Counted from the first letter of the stretch, positions 20,445-30,140 are shown. The stretch is DNA of 64,000 nt from Candidatus Bathyarchaeia archaeon (GCA_050012255.1 JBEKHN010000001.1:256001-320000); one strand, 5' to 3'. Notes: generated by a model from the sequence alone, not told the origin. A program made the numbers and translations.

Positions 20445-20469
20445 CGAAAAGTTGATCAATGGGATGGTA

Positions 20470-21015
20470 TTAGCCGCTAGCTGCATTTATCAGGGCGATT
20501 TCTGTGATTGCAGATACTAACAATATCAAAGTTACAATGGCGATGAGGACAGCGGCGTTTCTAAGCTCTCTCTTGCCGTAGCCTTGCATGGTCCTTCGAA
20601 TGAGCCAGACGCTTTCTGCTAGGCCTATGGACATCGAGATGTTCTCTAACCAATAGACCGGGATTAGAAAGTATGCGAGGAGAAACAGCAGCGGCGTTAA
20701 TCCCTGTGCCTTCGGAGACATGGAAAATGCGACCAATACGACGCCTGAGCTGTAGCTTGAAAAGAAGCCAAAGATTGGTCCGCCAATGGGCACGAATGTT
20801 GCTAGACAGAGAATGAGGTTGTGTCCGAAGATGTTTTCGACACTGGCTGCGGTCCGCTCCTGATCTATTTCCTGGTTTATACTGTTGGCGTCTTGTTGAC
20901 TTAGGTGCGTCAGAAGTCCTACACCGGTGGCGACCTGCCACAGCAATAGGAAGACCGCGACGGTGATAATGCGCTTCCTTCTTGATGAGGACCCTTTCCA
21001 AAAACTGGGCATCAA
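20470..21015 (-). CDS. SpoIIM/DUF95-family membrane protein
   Basis: IFGHN, four or more TM helices, C-terminal SAITE. Confidence 0.7.
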   Translation of the reverse strand: MMPSFWKGSSSRRKRIITVAVFLLLWQVATGVGLLTHLSQQDANSINQEIDQERTAASVENIFGHNLILCLATFVPIGGPIFGFFSSYSSGVVLVAFSMSPKAQGLTPLLFLLAYFLIPVYWLENISMSIGLAESVWLIRRTMQGYGKRELRNAAVLIAIVTLILLVSAITEIALINAASG

Positions 21016-21714
21016 TCACTTTGCCTCCTTTGGGCTTATTCTTAATGCTCTGAAACCCCTTGCCACGGGGTTTAATACTTCTGTGATATTGACCTTTTTG
21101 AGAACTTCTCCTGTGTCCTCCCCGTCACCTCTTACGTCGTGCTCTGCAGGCATCAACGAGTATAGGTAAACGTTGTTTTCCGTTAGCCTTGGCTGGCATC
21201 TGGAAGGTAAACCTAGCAGGACAGTTTGTTTCTCATCGATAGCTCTTGCGCTTGCATAGAGTATCGCGTGTGCGCCCGATGTTAACTCGGCGATCCTTAC
21301 TGGCACGCTTTCTTTGCCTATGGCCAGCATTTCGACCCCGTACTTTTGCATTATTTCGTTGGCGATTTTTCTGAGCCTCGGCAACACCTTCAACAGGTGT
21401 CGTTTGGCATTTGCAGAAATTTTCATGTTGGTGAATTCTATCGGGGAGAGCTGTTCAAGCGTAACCGACCCCAAGGACATGTCGAGGTGCACAACGTCAG
21501 CCTTTGCTTTTGCGATTAGGTCTCTGCAGAGTTCTGCTTCGTGTATTATGACTTCGTGGCCGTTTTCAGCGTTGGCGAAGATGGGTTCGGTCAGAAAAGC
21601 GCTTGCTTCCCTGTATGGTGGGAGGGTCAGGACTGATGCGGCTGCAACGATCGACACCGGTTCAAACTTGTCGTTGAGTATGGCTGCTGAGGAATCTGCT
21701 GCGATTACTCTCAA
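21016..21714 (-). CDS. Conserved archaeal protein (DUF4152-like)
   Basis: IAADS, VHLDMSLG, AIGKESVPVRIAEL motifs. Confidence 0.65.
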   Translation of the reverse strand: MRVIAADSSAAILNDKFEPVSIVAAASVLTLPPYREASAFLTEPIFANAENGHEVIIHEAELCRDLIAKAKADVVHLDMSLGSVTLEQLSPIEFTNMKISANAKRHLLKVLPRLRKIANEIMQKYGVEMLAIGKESVPVRIAELTSGAHAILYASARAIDEKQTVLLGLPSRCQPRLTENNVYLYSLMPAEHDVRGDGEDTGEVLKKVNITEVLNPVARGFRALRISPKEAK

Positions 21715-21753
21715 CCTTTCACCTTGCTTGTCAATTAGCGCGGTGACGAGGAT

Positions 21754-22383
21754 TTATGTTTGCTGTTCTAAGCCTTGCTTCTTTAGGTGTGTTCCCAGAA
21801 TGAACATTTCTGAGCTTTTGGCTCTGCTGGCTTTCGGTTTTACCACGACTATGGTTTCGAAACAGTGTTCCACCTTGTGCACGAAGTCGTCAAGCATGTC
21901 TCCTTGGAAGACCTTGACGAAAAAGTTTCCAGAAGGTCTCAATGTCTGCAGCGCTATTTCGAGTGCGCATTGTGCTAGGTCTATTTGGCGAGCATGGTCA
22001 ACTTCCCATATTCCTGAGATGTTCGAGGAAGCATCGGAGATTATTGCATCGGCTTTTCTTGGGAGCATTTCCAGAATCTGTTGAACTGCTTCTTCTTCTG
22101 TTATGTCGCAAACTATCGTTCTCACGTAGGGTTGTGGAAACGGTTCGATGTGTTTCAGGTCGACGCCTAGGACAAAGCCTTTTTTGCCGACGGTTTTTCG
22201 TGCCGCTTGGATCCAGCCGCCTGGCGCTGCGCCCAGGTCGACGACAACGTCGCCGTACTCTATGAAATGATATTTCCCTATGGCTTCAAAAAGTTTGTAG
22301 GCTGCTCTTGAGCGGTATTTTTCCAGCTTTGCCTTCTTGTAGTAGTAGTCTCTTTTTCTGTCCTGAATCCATGCCTTAGGCAA
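21754..22383 (-). CDS. rlmE: 23S rRNA Um2552 methyltransferase
   Basis: YRSRAAYKL, DLGAAPGGW, KVFQG, KPKASRAKSSE motifs. Confidence 0.93.
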   Translation of the reverse strand: MPKAWIQDRKRDYYYKKAKLEKYRSRAAYKLFEAIGKYHFIEYGDVVVDLGAAPGGWIQAARKTVGKKGFVLGVDLKHIEPFPQPYVRTIVCDITEEEAVQQILEMLPRKADAIISDASSNISGIWEVDHARQIDLAQCALEIALQTLRPSGNFFVKVFQGDMLDDFVHKVEHCFETIVVVKPKASRAKSSEMFILGTHLKKQGLEQQT

Positions 22384-22385
22384 GA

Positions 22386-22778
22386 CTAGCTGTCACCAAC
22401 AGCGCCCAGCTCGTCTTGAGAAATATAATGAAGCCACTCTGTGAGCTTTTCACAATCCTGCGGTGAAATGGCACTTGATGGGTCACATCGAGCGTTGTCT
22501 GGGCACATCAAGCATGGGCAGTCAGCTATAGAGTCTATTGATGCTGGCAGCCTTTTGGGAAACAGTCTGTACGTCCATCTTCCCTCTCGGAGTTCTTTCT
22601 CTCTCCGGATGAGTCCTTTGTTCTCGAGTTTAAGGGCTATTCTGGAGCCTTCGCGGCTGCTGGCGTCCAATTCATGCCACAGGTCAGATTGGAGCACACC
22701 CTCAAAGCCTGTGGTCATTATGAACTGCAGAGCCCTTTGCTCCAAGTCATTGCGCTTCGGCATCTTCATCAATTCCAA
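22386..22778 (-). CDS. TFE-beta / Rpc34-like transcription factor (wHTH plus Fe-S cysteines)
   Basis: GVLQSDLW..L..SSREGSR wHTH and CPCLMC...C...ISPQDCEKLTEW cluster. Confidence 0.8.
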   Translation of the reverse strand: MELMKMPKRNDLEQRALQFIMTTGFEGVLQSDLWHELDASSREGSRIALKLENKGLIRREKELREGRWTYRLFPKRLPASIDSIADCPCLMCPDNARCDPSSAISPQDCEKLTEWLHYISQDELGAVGDS

Positions 22779-22842
22779 ATCTTCCTCTTTAATATGTGCA
22801 GCTTTTAAATAAAAAGCTGTATGTTTAAGATCGACAAAAACT

Positions 22843-23880
22843 ATGTTGAAAGATGGGAAAATGAAGGATAAGGCACGAAGAGGCTACTGCTTGGGAATCG
22901 AATCAACGGCTGACGACTTCAGCGTTGGTGTGTCGACGTTTGACGGTGAAATACTAGCGAACGCAATAGACGCTTACGTGCCGCCTGAAGGTGGCATCCA
23001 TCCGCGAGAGGCGGCTAGACACCATGCTGATGTGGCGAGTAAAGTTCTCCGAGAGGCTTTCACAAAATCTGGGATAAGGCCAAAAAGCTTGTCTGTCTTG
23101 GCGTTTTCTCAGGGTCCAGGCTTGGGTCCTTGTCTGCGCACTGGAGCGACTGTGGCCCGGGCTTTAGCGTCCTACTTGGGCATTCCGCTTGTGGGAGTAA
23201 ACCACTGCATAGCGCATATTGAGATAGGTAAGCTTAGAGCAGGTGCCAAGAACCCTGTGACACTGTATGTTTCTGGCGGCAACACGATGGTTGCAGCCTT
23301 TGAATCTGGGCGTTACCGAGTTTTCGGCGAGACGCTGGACATTGCTCTCGGAAATTGCCTTGATGTTTTCGCCAGGGAAAGTGGGCTACGTCAAAAGGTA
23401 GGTATGCCGTTTGGTGCTGTGATAGAGAAGCTCGCGTTAGGTGGCAAGAAGTTGATTCCGTTGCCTTACTCGGTCAAGGGCATGGATGTGTCCCTGAGTG
23501 GTCTGTTAACGGCGTCCGTTGCTCTGCTTAAGAAGGGAGACTGCAGGCTTGAGGACCTGTGCTACAGTCTTCAGGAGACGGCTTTTTCAATGGTAACCGA
23601 AGTGACTGAAAGGGCTCTTGCTCACACTGGGAAGGAAGAGCTTCTCTTGACTGGCGGCGTGGCTGCTAACAGAAGGTTGCAGTCAATGATCAGAGCCGTG
23701 GCAGAAGAGCATGGCGTCAAGTTCGAAACGGTGGAGACGCAGTTTGCGGTGGACAACGGCGCGATGATTGCTTGGACTGGGGCTCTTGCTTACAATCACG
23801 GGGTCGTTACGCCGGTGGAGAAGAGTTTTGTCAGGCTGAGGTGGCGCCCTGAAGAGGTTGAAGTTCCGTGGGCAGAGTGA
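22843..23880 (+). CDS. kae1: KEOPS t6A synthase Kae1
   Basis: GIESTA, GGIHP, GPGLGPCL, NHCIAHIE, VSGGNT, GETLD, DNGAMIA motifs. Confidence 0.95.
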   Translation: MLKDGKMKDKARRGYCLGIESTADDFSVGVSTFDGEILANAIDAYVPPEGGIHPREAARHHADVASKVLREAFTKSGIRPKSLSVLAFSQGPGLGPCLRTGATVARALASYLGIPLVGVNHCIAHIEIGKLRAGAKNPVTLYVSGGNTMVAAFESGRYRVFGETLDIALGNCLDVFARESGLRQKVGMPFGAVIEKLALGGKKLIPLPYSVKGMDVSLSGLLTASVALLKKGDCRLEDLCYSLQETAFSMVTEVTERALAHTGKEELLLTGGVAANRRLQSMIRAVAEEHGVKFETVETQFAVDNGAMIAWTGALAYNHGVVTPVEKSFVRLRWRPEEVEVPWAE

Positions 23881-24542
23881 GTTCGCCAGTGCTGATCAAG
23901 AAGGGGGCTGAGGCTAACCTTTACCTTGCAGACTGGCATGGCAGAAGGGCAGTGATGAAGAAACGCCTGCGCAAAGAGTACAGACCGTGGAAGCTTGATG
24001 AGCAGATTCGCAAGTACAGAACGGTTCATGAGCCGCAGTTGATGCATGAGGCAAAGAGGGCTGGCGTGCCAACGCCGATGATCTTTCTGGTCGACGTGAA
24101 GAACACGACGATAATCATGGAGTACATCGATGGAAAACAGGTGAAACAGCTGCTGAGTGCGATTTCTGAGGGTGAGAGGCAACGCTTGTGCTTCAGGATT
24201 GGCCAGTTGATAGCGCGGCTTCACGAGTGCGGCTTGATTCATGGCGATTTGACCACGTCGAACATGATTGTGGGTTTGGGGGGAAGGGTTTTCTTCGTGG
24301 ATTTCGGGCTTGGCGACAGGAGCGGGGAGGTTGAGGCGAGGGGGGTTGACCTGCACTTGATGAAGAGGGCCCTTGAAAGTACGCATTACGAATTCGCTGG
24401 GACTTGTTTTGAGTCTGTTTTGGCGGGTTACGGAAGCGTGTTGGGCGCGGGAGCGGTGAAAAGTGTTTTAGATAAAGTCAGGGAAATAGAGAGGAGGGGA
24501 CGCTATGTCGCGGAGAGGAAACAGGAAGAGTCTTCAGTTTAA
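23868..24542 (+). CDS. bud32: KEOPS kinase Bud32
   Basis: KGAEA, HGDLTTSN, DFGL, RGRY motifs; follows kae1. Confidence 0.93.
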   Translation: MGRVSSPVLIKKGAEANLYLADWHGRRAVMKKRLRKEYRPWKLDEQIRKYRTVHEPQLMHEAKRAGVPTPMIFLVDVKNTTIIMEYIDGKQVKQLLSAISEGERQRLCFRIGQLIARLHECGLIHGDLTTSNMIVGLGGRVFFVDFGLGDRSGEVEARGVDLHLMKRALESTHYEFAGTCFESVLAGYGSVLGAGAVKSVLDKVREIERRGRYVAERKQEESSV

Positions 24543-25110
24543 GGGTCGCGTCATATTCTTTGCAACGAACAACGTTAACAAGTTCGATGAAGCCCGCCAG
24601 GTTCTAGCCGAATACAGCGTGGCGGTTGGCATGCTGAGAGTGAAGTCGCTTGAGATTCAGAGTGAGAGCCTCGAAGAGATTGCTAGGGCAAGCGTTTTGG
24701 ATGCTTTTGAGAAGTGTCGTTTGCCAGTCATGGTGGAGGATGCCGGGTTGTTTATAGACGCTCTGAATGGTTTTCCAGGCCCCTACGCCGCTTACGTGTA
24801 CAAGACTGTTGGAAATCAAGGTCTGTTGAGACTGATGAAGAACGTCAAGGCCAGAAGGGCACGCTTTGAGTCCGCAGTTGCGTACTTCTCAGCGGAGCTA
24901 CAGTCGCCAGTATGTTTTCACGGCGAAGTGATCGGAGAAATAGCGGATGAGGAGAGAAAGGGAAGCGAAAGGTCTGGTTTCGGTTTCGACCCGATCTTCA
25001 AGCCGCTGAATAGCAGTAAGACTTTCGCTGAGATGACCATCGCAGAGAAGAACGAGCATTCACATCGGGCAAGAGCTTTCCGAAAATTCGCAGAGTGGTA
25101 CAAGAGCTAG
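24505..25110 (+). CDS. rdgB: Non-canonical purine NTP pyrophosphatase (RdgB/HAM1)
   Basis: EIQ, EDAGL, GFPGPY, GFGFDPIF, SHRARA motifs. Confidence 0.93.
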   Translation: MSRRGNRKSLQFKGRVIFFATNNVNKFDEARQVLAEYSVAVGMLRVKSLEIQSESLEEIARASVLDAFEKCRLPVMVEDAGLFIDALNGFPGPYAAYVYKTVGNQGLLRLMKNVKARRARFESAVAYFSAELQSPVCFHGEVIGEIADEERKGSERSGFGFDPIFKPLNSSKTFAEMTIAEKNEHSHRARAFRKFAEWYKS

Positions 25111-25133
25111 AGTCCTCCAGCCTCAGCCCACGA

Positions 25134-25405
25134 TTGACCAGAACGCTACATCCCTGTATTCGCGTTTTGGCCCCGTCTATTCCACCCTCCCCCTCCCCCC
25201 TAGGGTACTAGTACTGCACGTAGGCGCTGGAGAAGGCCCTACTGACTCGGCATGGGCCTGAAGCCGAGTATATGCAGAGGGCTTGGCGGATAGTCACGGC
25301 AAGGGCGGTGACTTTTCAATGCGCTCGACCATCACGCGATCTTCTGGTTCCATCCTTCCTTCACTGAGCTTGCGTGTGCGTTTGTCCTTCCCCTAAGGGC
25401 GTCAG
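25134..25405 (+). ncRNA. Candidate structured non-coding element (copy 2 of the 4710 family)
   Basis: Hairpins CCAGAACGC/GCGTTTTGG (with a G-U pair on +), CTCGGC/GCCGAG and AGTCAC/GTGACT; homologous to 4710-4925; no long ORF. Confidence 0.4.
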
Positions 25406-25560
25406 TCCTCATAACAGGTATAGGCTTGACTTTCTTTGAACTGAGAAATTGAGGCTTGAGCACTTTGCAGCAGTGATTCTCGCCCGGTCTCGAACGTTAA
25501 GCTTAGACAGTAAAAGAGAAAGAGTTTCGAAAGAGCCCGCCCGCCACTTTCATGCTTGCC

Positions 25561-25765
25561 GCGCGCTAGCGTGTTCCTAAATTCTTTTGGGAAGTAGCTT
25601 GTACTGCTTATTCTGCTCTTCAACCATATTTGGGTCATGTAGAATACCCTGAGGGGGGAGGGTGTGAGCACGCAAGCACGCAGCTTGAACCGTGACAGTA
25701 ATCGTCGACCATGGGAAAACGCCATGCCTCCCTCTTGAGCATAATTTAGGAACAAGCACGCGCGC
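25561..25765. mobile_element. MITE-like element A, copy 1 (GCGCGC-ended TIRs)
   Basis: Ends GCGCGCTAGCGTGTTCCTAAATT ... AATTTAGGAACAAGCACGCGCGC; close inverted copy at 34248-34451. Confidence 0.8.
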
Positions 25766-25934
25766 TAATACCCAAAGTTTAAAACCAGTCTTTTGCAGAG
25801 TAGCATCTATAGCGCATGCTAAGACATACAAAGGAACTAACCCCACTGGGCCTAATGGTGAAATGGATGCGTAAAGGGTTGTTAGCGTTAGGAACGCGCG
25901 CGTGCTTATGGCAGAAAGACATGTCTGGAACAGA

Positions 25935-26232
25935 GCGCGCATGCCTGTTCCGAAAATGGTTAAAAATGGTCTTAATTCGCCTTTTGCGATTTAGAGGCAT
26001 TTTTGGGCTTCGCGTCTGTCTTCGTGCTTCTTTCAGTGCCCACGCTTCTCGAAATGTGCGGGCAGCCCGAAGGTGTTGGCCTGTGCGCTGTGATCCACTT
26101 ATCGTCAACACCCATGATTTTCCATCCTCACCACGGCTGAGACTGGCCTATCAGAGAAGCCCGAATCGGACGCAAAAAGGCAAAAGAAGAATAAAAACCA
26201 TTTTTGACCAATTTAGGAACACGCATGCGCGC
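25935..26232. mobile_element. MITE-like element B (about 44-bp imperfect TIRs, same terminal consensus as A)
   Basis: GCGCGCATGCCTGTTCCGAAAATGGTTAAAAATGG ... CCATTTTTGACCAATTTAGGAACACGCATGCGCGC. Confidence 0.8.
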
Positions 26233-26254
26233 TACTGTAAAGGAGGATGTATCT

Positions 26255-26827
26255 TTGAAGGACGTTGAGTTGAAGCTTATTTCTGAACTTATGAAGAACA
26301 GTCGCAGAAGCGACAGAGACTTGGCTAAAGCAATAGGAGTTTCTCAACCCACCGTATCGAGGATGATCAAAAAGCTGGAGAAAGAGGGCGTCATAAGGGA
26401 ATACACGATGATCCCTGATTTTAGCAAACTCGGATTCGAACTAATGTCTTTGGTAACCACAAAGGAGAATAGATTGCTCAGCGAAGAAGAAACTGAAGAA
26501 GCATGGAAGAAAGCTCGTGAAATGGCGAAGAAAATGCCCACGCCATTCCTTTTCGTCCTAAGCACTAAACCCTCAGCCGCTGACACAACCGCTCTTGCTT
26601 TGCACGAAAACTACTCGGATTACATCACATATATTAAGGGAATCAGGGAAAATCCGCTCGTAGGTATTGATGGTGTTGCGGGTTTCATCGCAGAGACGAA
26701 ACTCAAGAATCATTTTGTTCCCTTGACTCTATCTGAAGTGGCGAACTTCATAAAGAGAAGAGGACTAGCGAACAAGACCAAGAGCGTCCCCACAATCAAA
26801 GCAGGCAAGAGGGCAAAGGCTCCCTGA
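26255..26827 (+). CDS. Lrp/AsnC-family transcriptional regulator
   Basis: LMKNSRRSDRDLAKAIGVSQPTVSR..KKLEKEGVI HTH; GGAGG RBS before TTG. Confidence 0.88.
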   Translation: MKDVELKLISELMKNSRRSDRDLAKAIGVSQPTVSRMIKKLEKEGVIREYTMIPDFSKLGFELMSLVTTKENRLLSEEETEEAWKKAREMAKKMPTPFLFVLSTKPSAADTTALALHENYSDYITYIKGIRENPLVGIDGVAGFIAETKLKNHFVPLTLSEVANFIKRRGLANKTKSVPTIKAGKRAKAP

Positions 26828-26885
26828 CTACAGAGGTCTGGGCAGAAAGCGCGAAGGCAATAACTAAGGTTTCTGCGTGTTCAAA

Positions 26886-26921
26886 GTGTCTTGGGGTTTT
26901 GAAGATAAAACTTTACCCCAA
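26886..26921. repeat. Quasi-palindromic site, inverted copy at 40161-40207
   Basis: GATAAAACTTTACCCCAA (26904-26921) is the exact reverse complement of 40167-40184. Confidence 0.65.
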
Positions 26922-27232
26922 CCAACCATAACGACACCCTAGTTGGAAGAATTGGGGACCTAACAGAGGCGCGCGCGCTATCGCTGTGGCCGAAAAGGTG
27001 CTAAACCATGTCCAAATGTTGTTTCCCGGTTTGGAAAGCAAGACGGTGAAATCAAAGTTACCTTCAATTTCGCCGGTTGATTAGAAAGTGTGAAAAGGAA
27101 TGACAAGGAACGGTGAGCATCATAACTGTGTACCTCTTATTCCTGAGCGCGCGCAAACTAAATGTGAAACCACTGCAACAATACTGTTGGGTGAGCTTTG
27201 CGAAGGCAAGAAGAAACGAGACCGTCTAAAGG

Positions 27233-27420
27233 GCGCATGCGTGTTCCCAAAACGTTGAAAATGGTGTTTGTTCCTCTTTCATGATTTGATGGCAGTTTTG
27301 GGCCGCATATCTGTTCTGCGGGCGTGTTTGGGCGGAAATCCTATGCCTCTTATCATCCCTCAACACGGCCAAGAGTAGCCTATCAAACAAACCTGCACCA
27401 GACCCAGACAGGCAAAAGCA
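27233..27420. mobile_element. Degenerate, internally deleted copy of MITE B
   Basis: GCGCATGCGTGTTCCCAAAACGTTGAAAATGGT start; shares CATCC..CA.CACGGC, GCCTATCA and GGCAAAAG blocks with 25935-26232. Confidence 0.6.
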
Positions 27421-27531
27421 AGCGACTCACGAAGCAAAGGGTAAGCAACAATCTATCGGTAGTAGGACTTTCCTGCAATAGAGGTAGTCAACGCGGCTTA
27501 CAAGAATGAGAGTACGGTAAGAGTTATCTTC

Positions 27532-27630
27532 CTATCTTCTCTTCTGTTTCTTTCCGCCGCGAGCTCTTCTCGCCTGATGCCCCTTCTGCCTATCGATTGA
27601 TTTTCCCATAGGCTTACTTCTCCTACTCAT
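27532..27630 (-). CDS. Tiny basic protein (32 aa)
   Basis: MSRRSKPMGKSIDRQKGHQARRARGGKKQKRR with GGAGGTGA RBS, overlapping the upstream stop. Confidence 0.5.
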   Translation of the reverse strand: MSRRSKPMGKSIDRQKGHQARRARGGKKQKRR

Positions 27631-27910
27631 TTTCGTCACCTCCGCCTGAAGTTTGCTCGAGAACTGATTCCGCTCCTCTCGGATGCTTCTCCATCCAATT
27701 CAACGCATAGGCTTCTGCTTTCGATGCAGTCGCATACGCTGGTGATATAGCCTCTCCTTTATCATCAACCCTTACCCTGGGAAACAGCAGCACGACGTAT
27801 TGCGCTCCAAACTCTTTCTTTGTGACGACCAGATTCTGTCCCGTGGTCTCATTCACGAATCCTCGCTGTCGGTCCATTTTTCTCCAGCCTTCTACTATTT
27901 TCAATGACAA
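27623..27910 (-). CDS. Hypothetical protein (about 95 aa)
   Basis: TTG start with GAGG RBS, downstream of the RPA gene. Confidence 0.6.
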   Translation of the reverse strand: MSLKIVEGWRKMDRQRGFVNETTGQNLVVTKKEFGAQYVVLLFPRVRVDDKGEAISPAYATASKAEAYALNWMEKHPRGAESVLEQTSGGGDENE

Positions 27911-27942
27911 TTCCTCAGTCGTTCTTCTTTGGCCAGCAGGCC

Positions 27943-28587
27943 CTAAGAGCTGATCACGGCTTTCACCTGACAGCTTGACTCGTCGACGCTGCTGAGCAAG
28001 CTCTTTTTTCCAATGTTCAATTGCCTTTGGCCTTTGAACGTAGAAGCCCTTGCATTCTCGATCTGAATGGTGTCTCCAGCAGAAATGCAACGTATCTGCT
28101 CGTTCCAAAGACACAGTCTGATCGTTCCGGTTTCATCTGCTATCAGGGCATTTGCCACGCTCGCATAGTTTCCATAGCGCGTGTAGACCATGGTTGGCTT
28201 CGGAATCTCCAAGACCTTGGCCTTCAGACAAACCTGCGTCATCCCACTCCGCAGATCTCTGATTGGAAGAAGCGATGATTGCCTAGCCTTCTTGGCCAGG
28301 AATCTGCGTATCTTGTCAGTTTCCATGAAGTCTCTAATGGGGTGGCCTTTCTCCAAGAGGAATTCCTTAAATACTGAAAGCTGTGCAACAACTTTGGAAC
28401 TCGTCAGAATTAGAAACATGACCTTGTCCCGTGTTTCGCCCCGCCACTCGATTGAAAGGTCTCCGCACCTGGATTTTTCACTTTCTTCTGCCAAGATCAA
28501 CGCGTTGAAGAGCCTGTCGGGGTCGACATCATATTTTGCTGAAAGAAACGCGAGGTATTCGTTGGTTGATGTATTTTTCCTTCTCAA
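27943..28587 (-). CDS. RPA/SSB OB-fold single-stranded DNA-binding protein, paralogue 1
   Basis: IRDLRSGM..V.LKAKVLEI, ADETGTIRLCLWNEQ, FKGQRQLNIG. Confidence 0.85.
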   Translation of the reverse strand: MRRKNTSTNEYLAFLSAKYDVDPDRLFNALILAEESEKSRCGDLSIEWRGETRDKVMFLILTSSKVVAQLSVFKEFLLEKGHPIRDFMETDKIRRFLAKKARQSSLLPIRDLRSGMTQVCLKAKVLEIPKPTMVYTRYGNYASVANALIADETGTIRLCLWNEQIRCISAGDTIQIENARASTFKGQRQLNIGKKSLLSSVDESSCQVKAVISS

Positions 28588-28661
28588 ACCCTTTCACTCA
28601 TTCCCCAATGCTGAACATATTTCGGAAATACGGGTCAATTTCAAAGTAGACCTCAGATTGG

Positions 28662-28967
28662 CTACATCGTGAGGTAGCCTTTGAGTCTCAATTGTTCAGT
28701 CTGGTTCTTCCTGTACCGCCAGAATATGTCTCCTCGAGTGTCTGACTGGAAGTCCCAGGGGGAGACTAGCACGATGTCTCCGTCTCTGATCCACACGCGT
28801 CTCTTTAACTTGCCTCGGACTCTGCATAATCGTTCCTTTCCGTCTTGACACTTGACCATGATTCGGTCGAAGCCAAGCATTTTGACCGCCACGCCTAACA
28901 CGTCATTTTTGCTTGGGAACAACATGTTTTCCAAGTTTTCTTCGTTTATGACTTTTCTTTTACCCAA
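28662..28967 (-). CDS. eif1a: Translation initiation factor aIF-1A
   Basis: MLG.DR, CQDGKERLCRVRGKLKRRVWIRDGDIVLVSPWDFQ. Confidence 0.93.
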   Translation of the reverse strand: MGKRKVINEENLENMLFPSKNDVLGVAVKMLGFDRIMVKCQDGKERLCRVRGKLKRRVWIRDGDIVLVSPWDFQSDTRGDIFWRYRKNQTEQLRLKGYLTM

Positions 28968-29238
28968 TTTTTCCACCTCCAAACCATGAGAACATGATTC
29001 CATGATAGCTAGACTAGTCAGAACGATCAGAGAAAAAGCGTACTTCGCGATTAGACTCTTCCTCTAGAGAATCCCAACTGCTGCTAAAGGATGCGTCGCC
29101 AAGTATATAGGTCTATGCAGGCAGATTTGTGAAAGTGTCATCTGACACACACATCGTGCTCAGACCAGCGAGTTTCTCGAGTCTTTCGGCCTTTGGTCTG
29201 GGCGCGCTCAGACTCGTTTTTCGCTGGAAAGCATCATA

Positions 29239-29466
29239 TTACCGGCAGAAGACATTAGTGGGCTCTAGCTCCTTTCTTCCTTTCCAGTCTTCTCCTCGTC
29301 GTGCCCATGCCTGTTTCGGATCAAAATTGAAGCTCGTACTCTTATTTTCTGATCGCTTGAGCATGCGTTTCGAGAAGCAGGTTCTACAGTAAACTGGTTT
29401 GCTTACCGTAGGCTCGAAAGACACAGCGTTGCCGTTGCCACAGTCCGTACAAATGACTTCGAACAT
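29239..29466 (-). CDS. CxxC-x17-CxxC zinc-finger protein
   Basis: CTDCG...FEP...PVYCRTCF. Confidence 0.8.
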   Translation of the reverse strand: MFEVICTDCGNGNAVSFEPTVSKPVYCRTCFSKRMLKRSENKSTSFNFDPKQAWARRGEDWKGRKELEPTNVFCR

Positions 29467-29567
29467 TCCTTTTTGGAACGCGTAAATCACCCCTGTTGGT
29501 GTTGAGCGCAATTGGAAAATGTGAAAAATAGAAAAAAACGATGCTAAGCTAGAGTTGTTGGCTTAGC

Positions 29568-29708
29568 TTAGAATCTTCTTCTTGGTGGTCCTCGTTTCGA
29601 ATAGCAATCTCGACAGTAAACAGGTCTGCTTGGGTCAGGCTTGAATGGAACTTCACAGTCTTTTCCACAATCAGCACAGACTGCCTTATGCATTTCTTTC
29701 TCTGCCAT
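29568..29708 (-). CDS. CxxC-x17-CxxC zinc-finger protein (46 aa)
   Basis: Hand translation MAEKEMHKAVCADCGKDCEVPFKPDPSRPVYCRDCYSKRGPPRRRF. Confidence 0.85.
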   Translation of the reverse strand: MAEKEMHKAVCADCGKDCEVPFKPDPSRPVYCRDCYSKRGPPRRRF

Positions 29709-29870
29709 ATACTATTTCAACTCCTGATATGCTGCTGTGCAAAAATCGCTTCTTACACGCTGCGCTAAGATTCGCGTCGGGGCTTATAAACAGAGCACCC
29801 TCAAATCGAGAAGTTATACATGTTTAAGAGCGAGACATGCGTTAGAAGGGTGTTGCAGTGGGGTATGCTT

Positions 29871-30140
29871 ATGTCTCAACCTGTTTATGGAACAATAGTG
29901 AACTATCGAATAGGCATCAGAACACAGATGCCAAAATGGTGCCTCATCCAAATCATGGGTGAAAATACAGTATCTAACGCAGGCCAGCTAGTTGGGCGAA
30001 AAATGATCTTGAAATTCGGAAAGAAAAGCTTCATCGGCAGAATCATGGACTTGCACGGCAAGAAAGGCGTTGTCAAAGTCAAATTCCGCGAAGGCGTACC
30101 TGGACAAGCACTAGGGGCAAGAGTCGAACTGCTTGGCTAG
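29871..30140 (+). CDS. rpl35ae: 50S ribosomal protein eL33 (L35Ae)
   Basis: GTIVNYRIG..TQ, LVGRK, GRI..LHGKKG.V..KF..G.PGQALG. Confidence 0.85.
   Translation: MSQPVYGTIVNYRIGIRTQMPKWCLIQIMGENTVSNAGQLVGRKMILKFGKKSFIGRIMDLHGKKGVVKVKFREGVPGQALGARVELLG

Noticed and set aside
25134-25405. RNase P or SRP RNA
   Set aside because: The size fits, but I found no GAGGAAAGTCC or SRP helix-8 motif on either strand
25402-26268. Several overlapping ORFs of 60-150 aa, plus those at 34245-34525
   Set aside because: They are read-throughs of MITE sequence with no protein-family features
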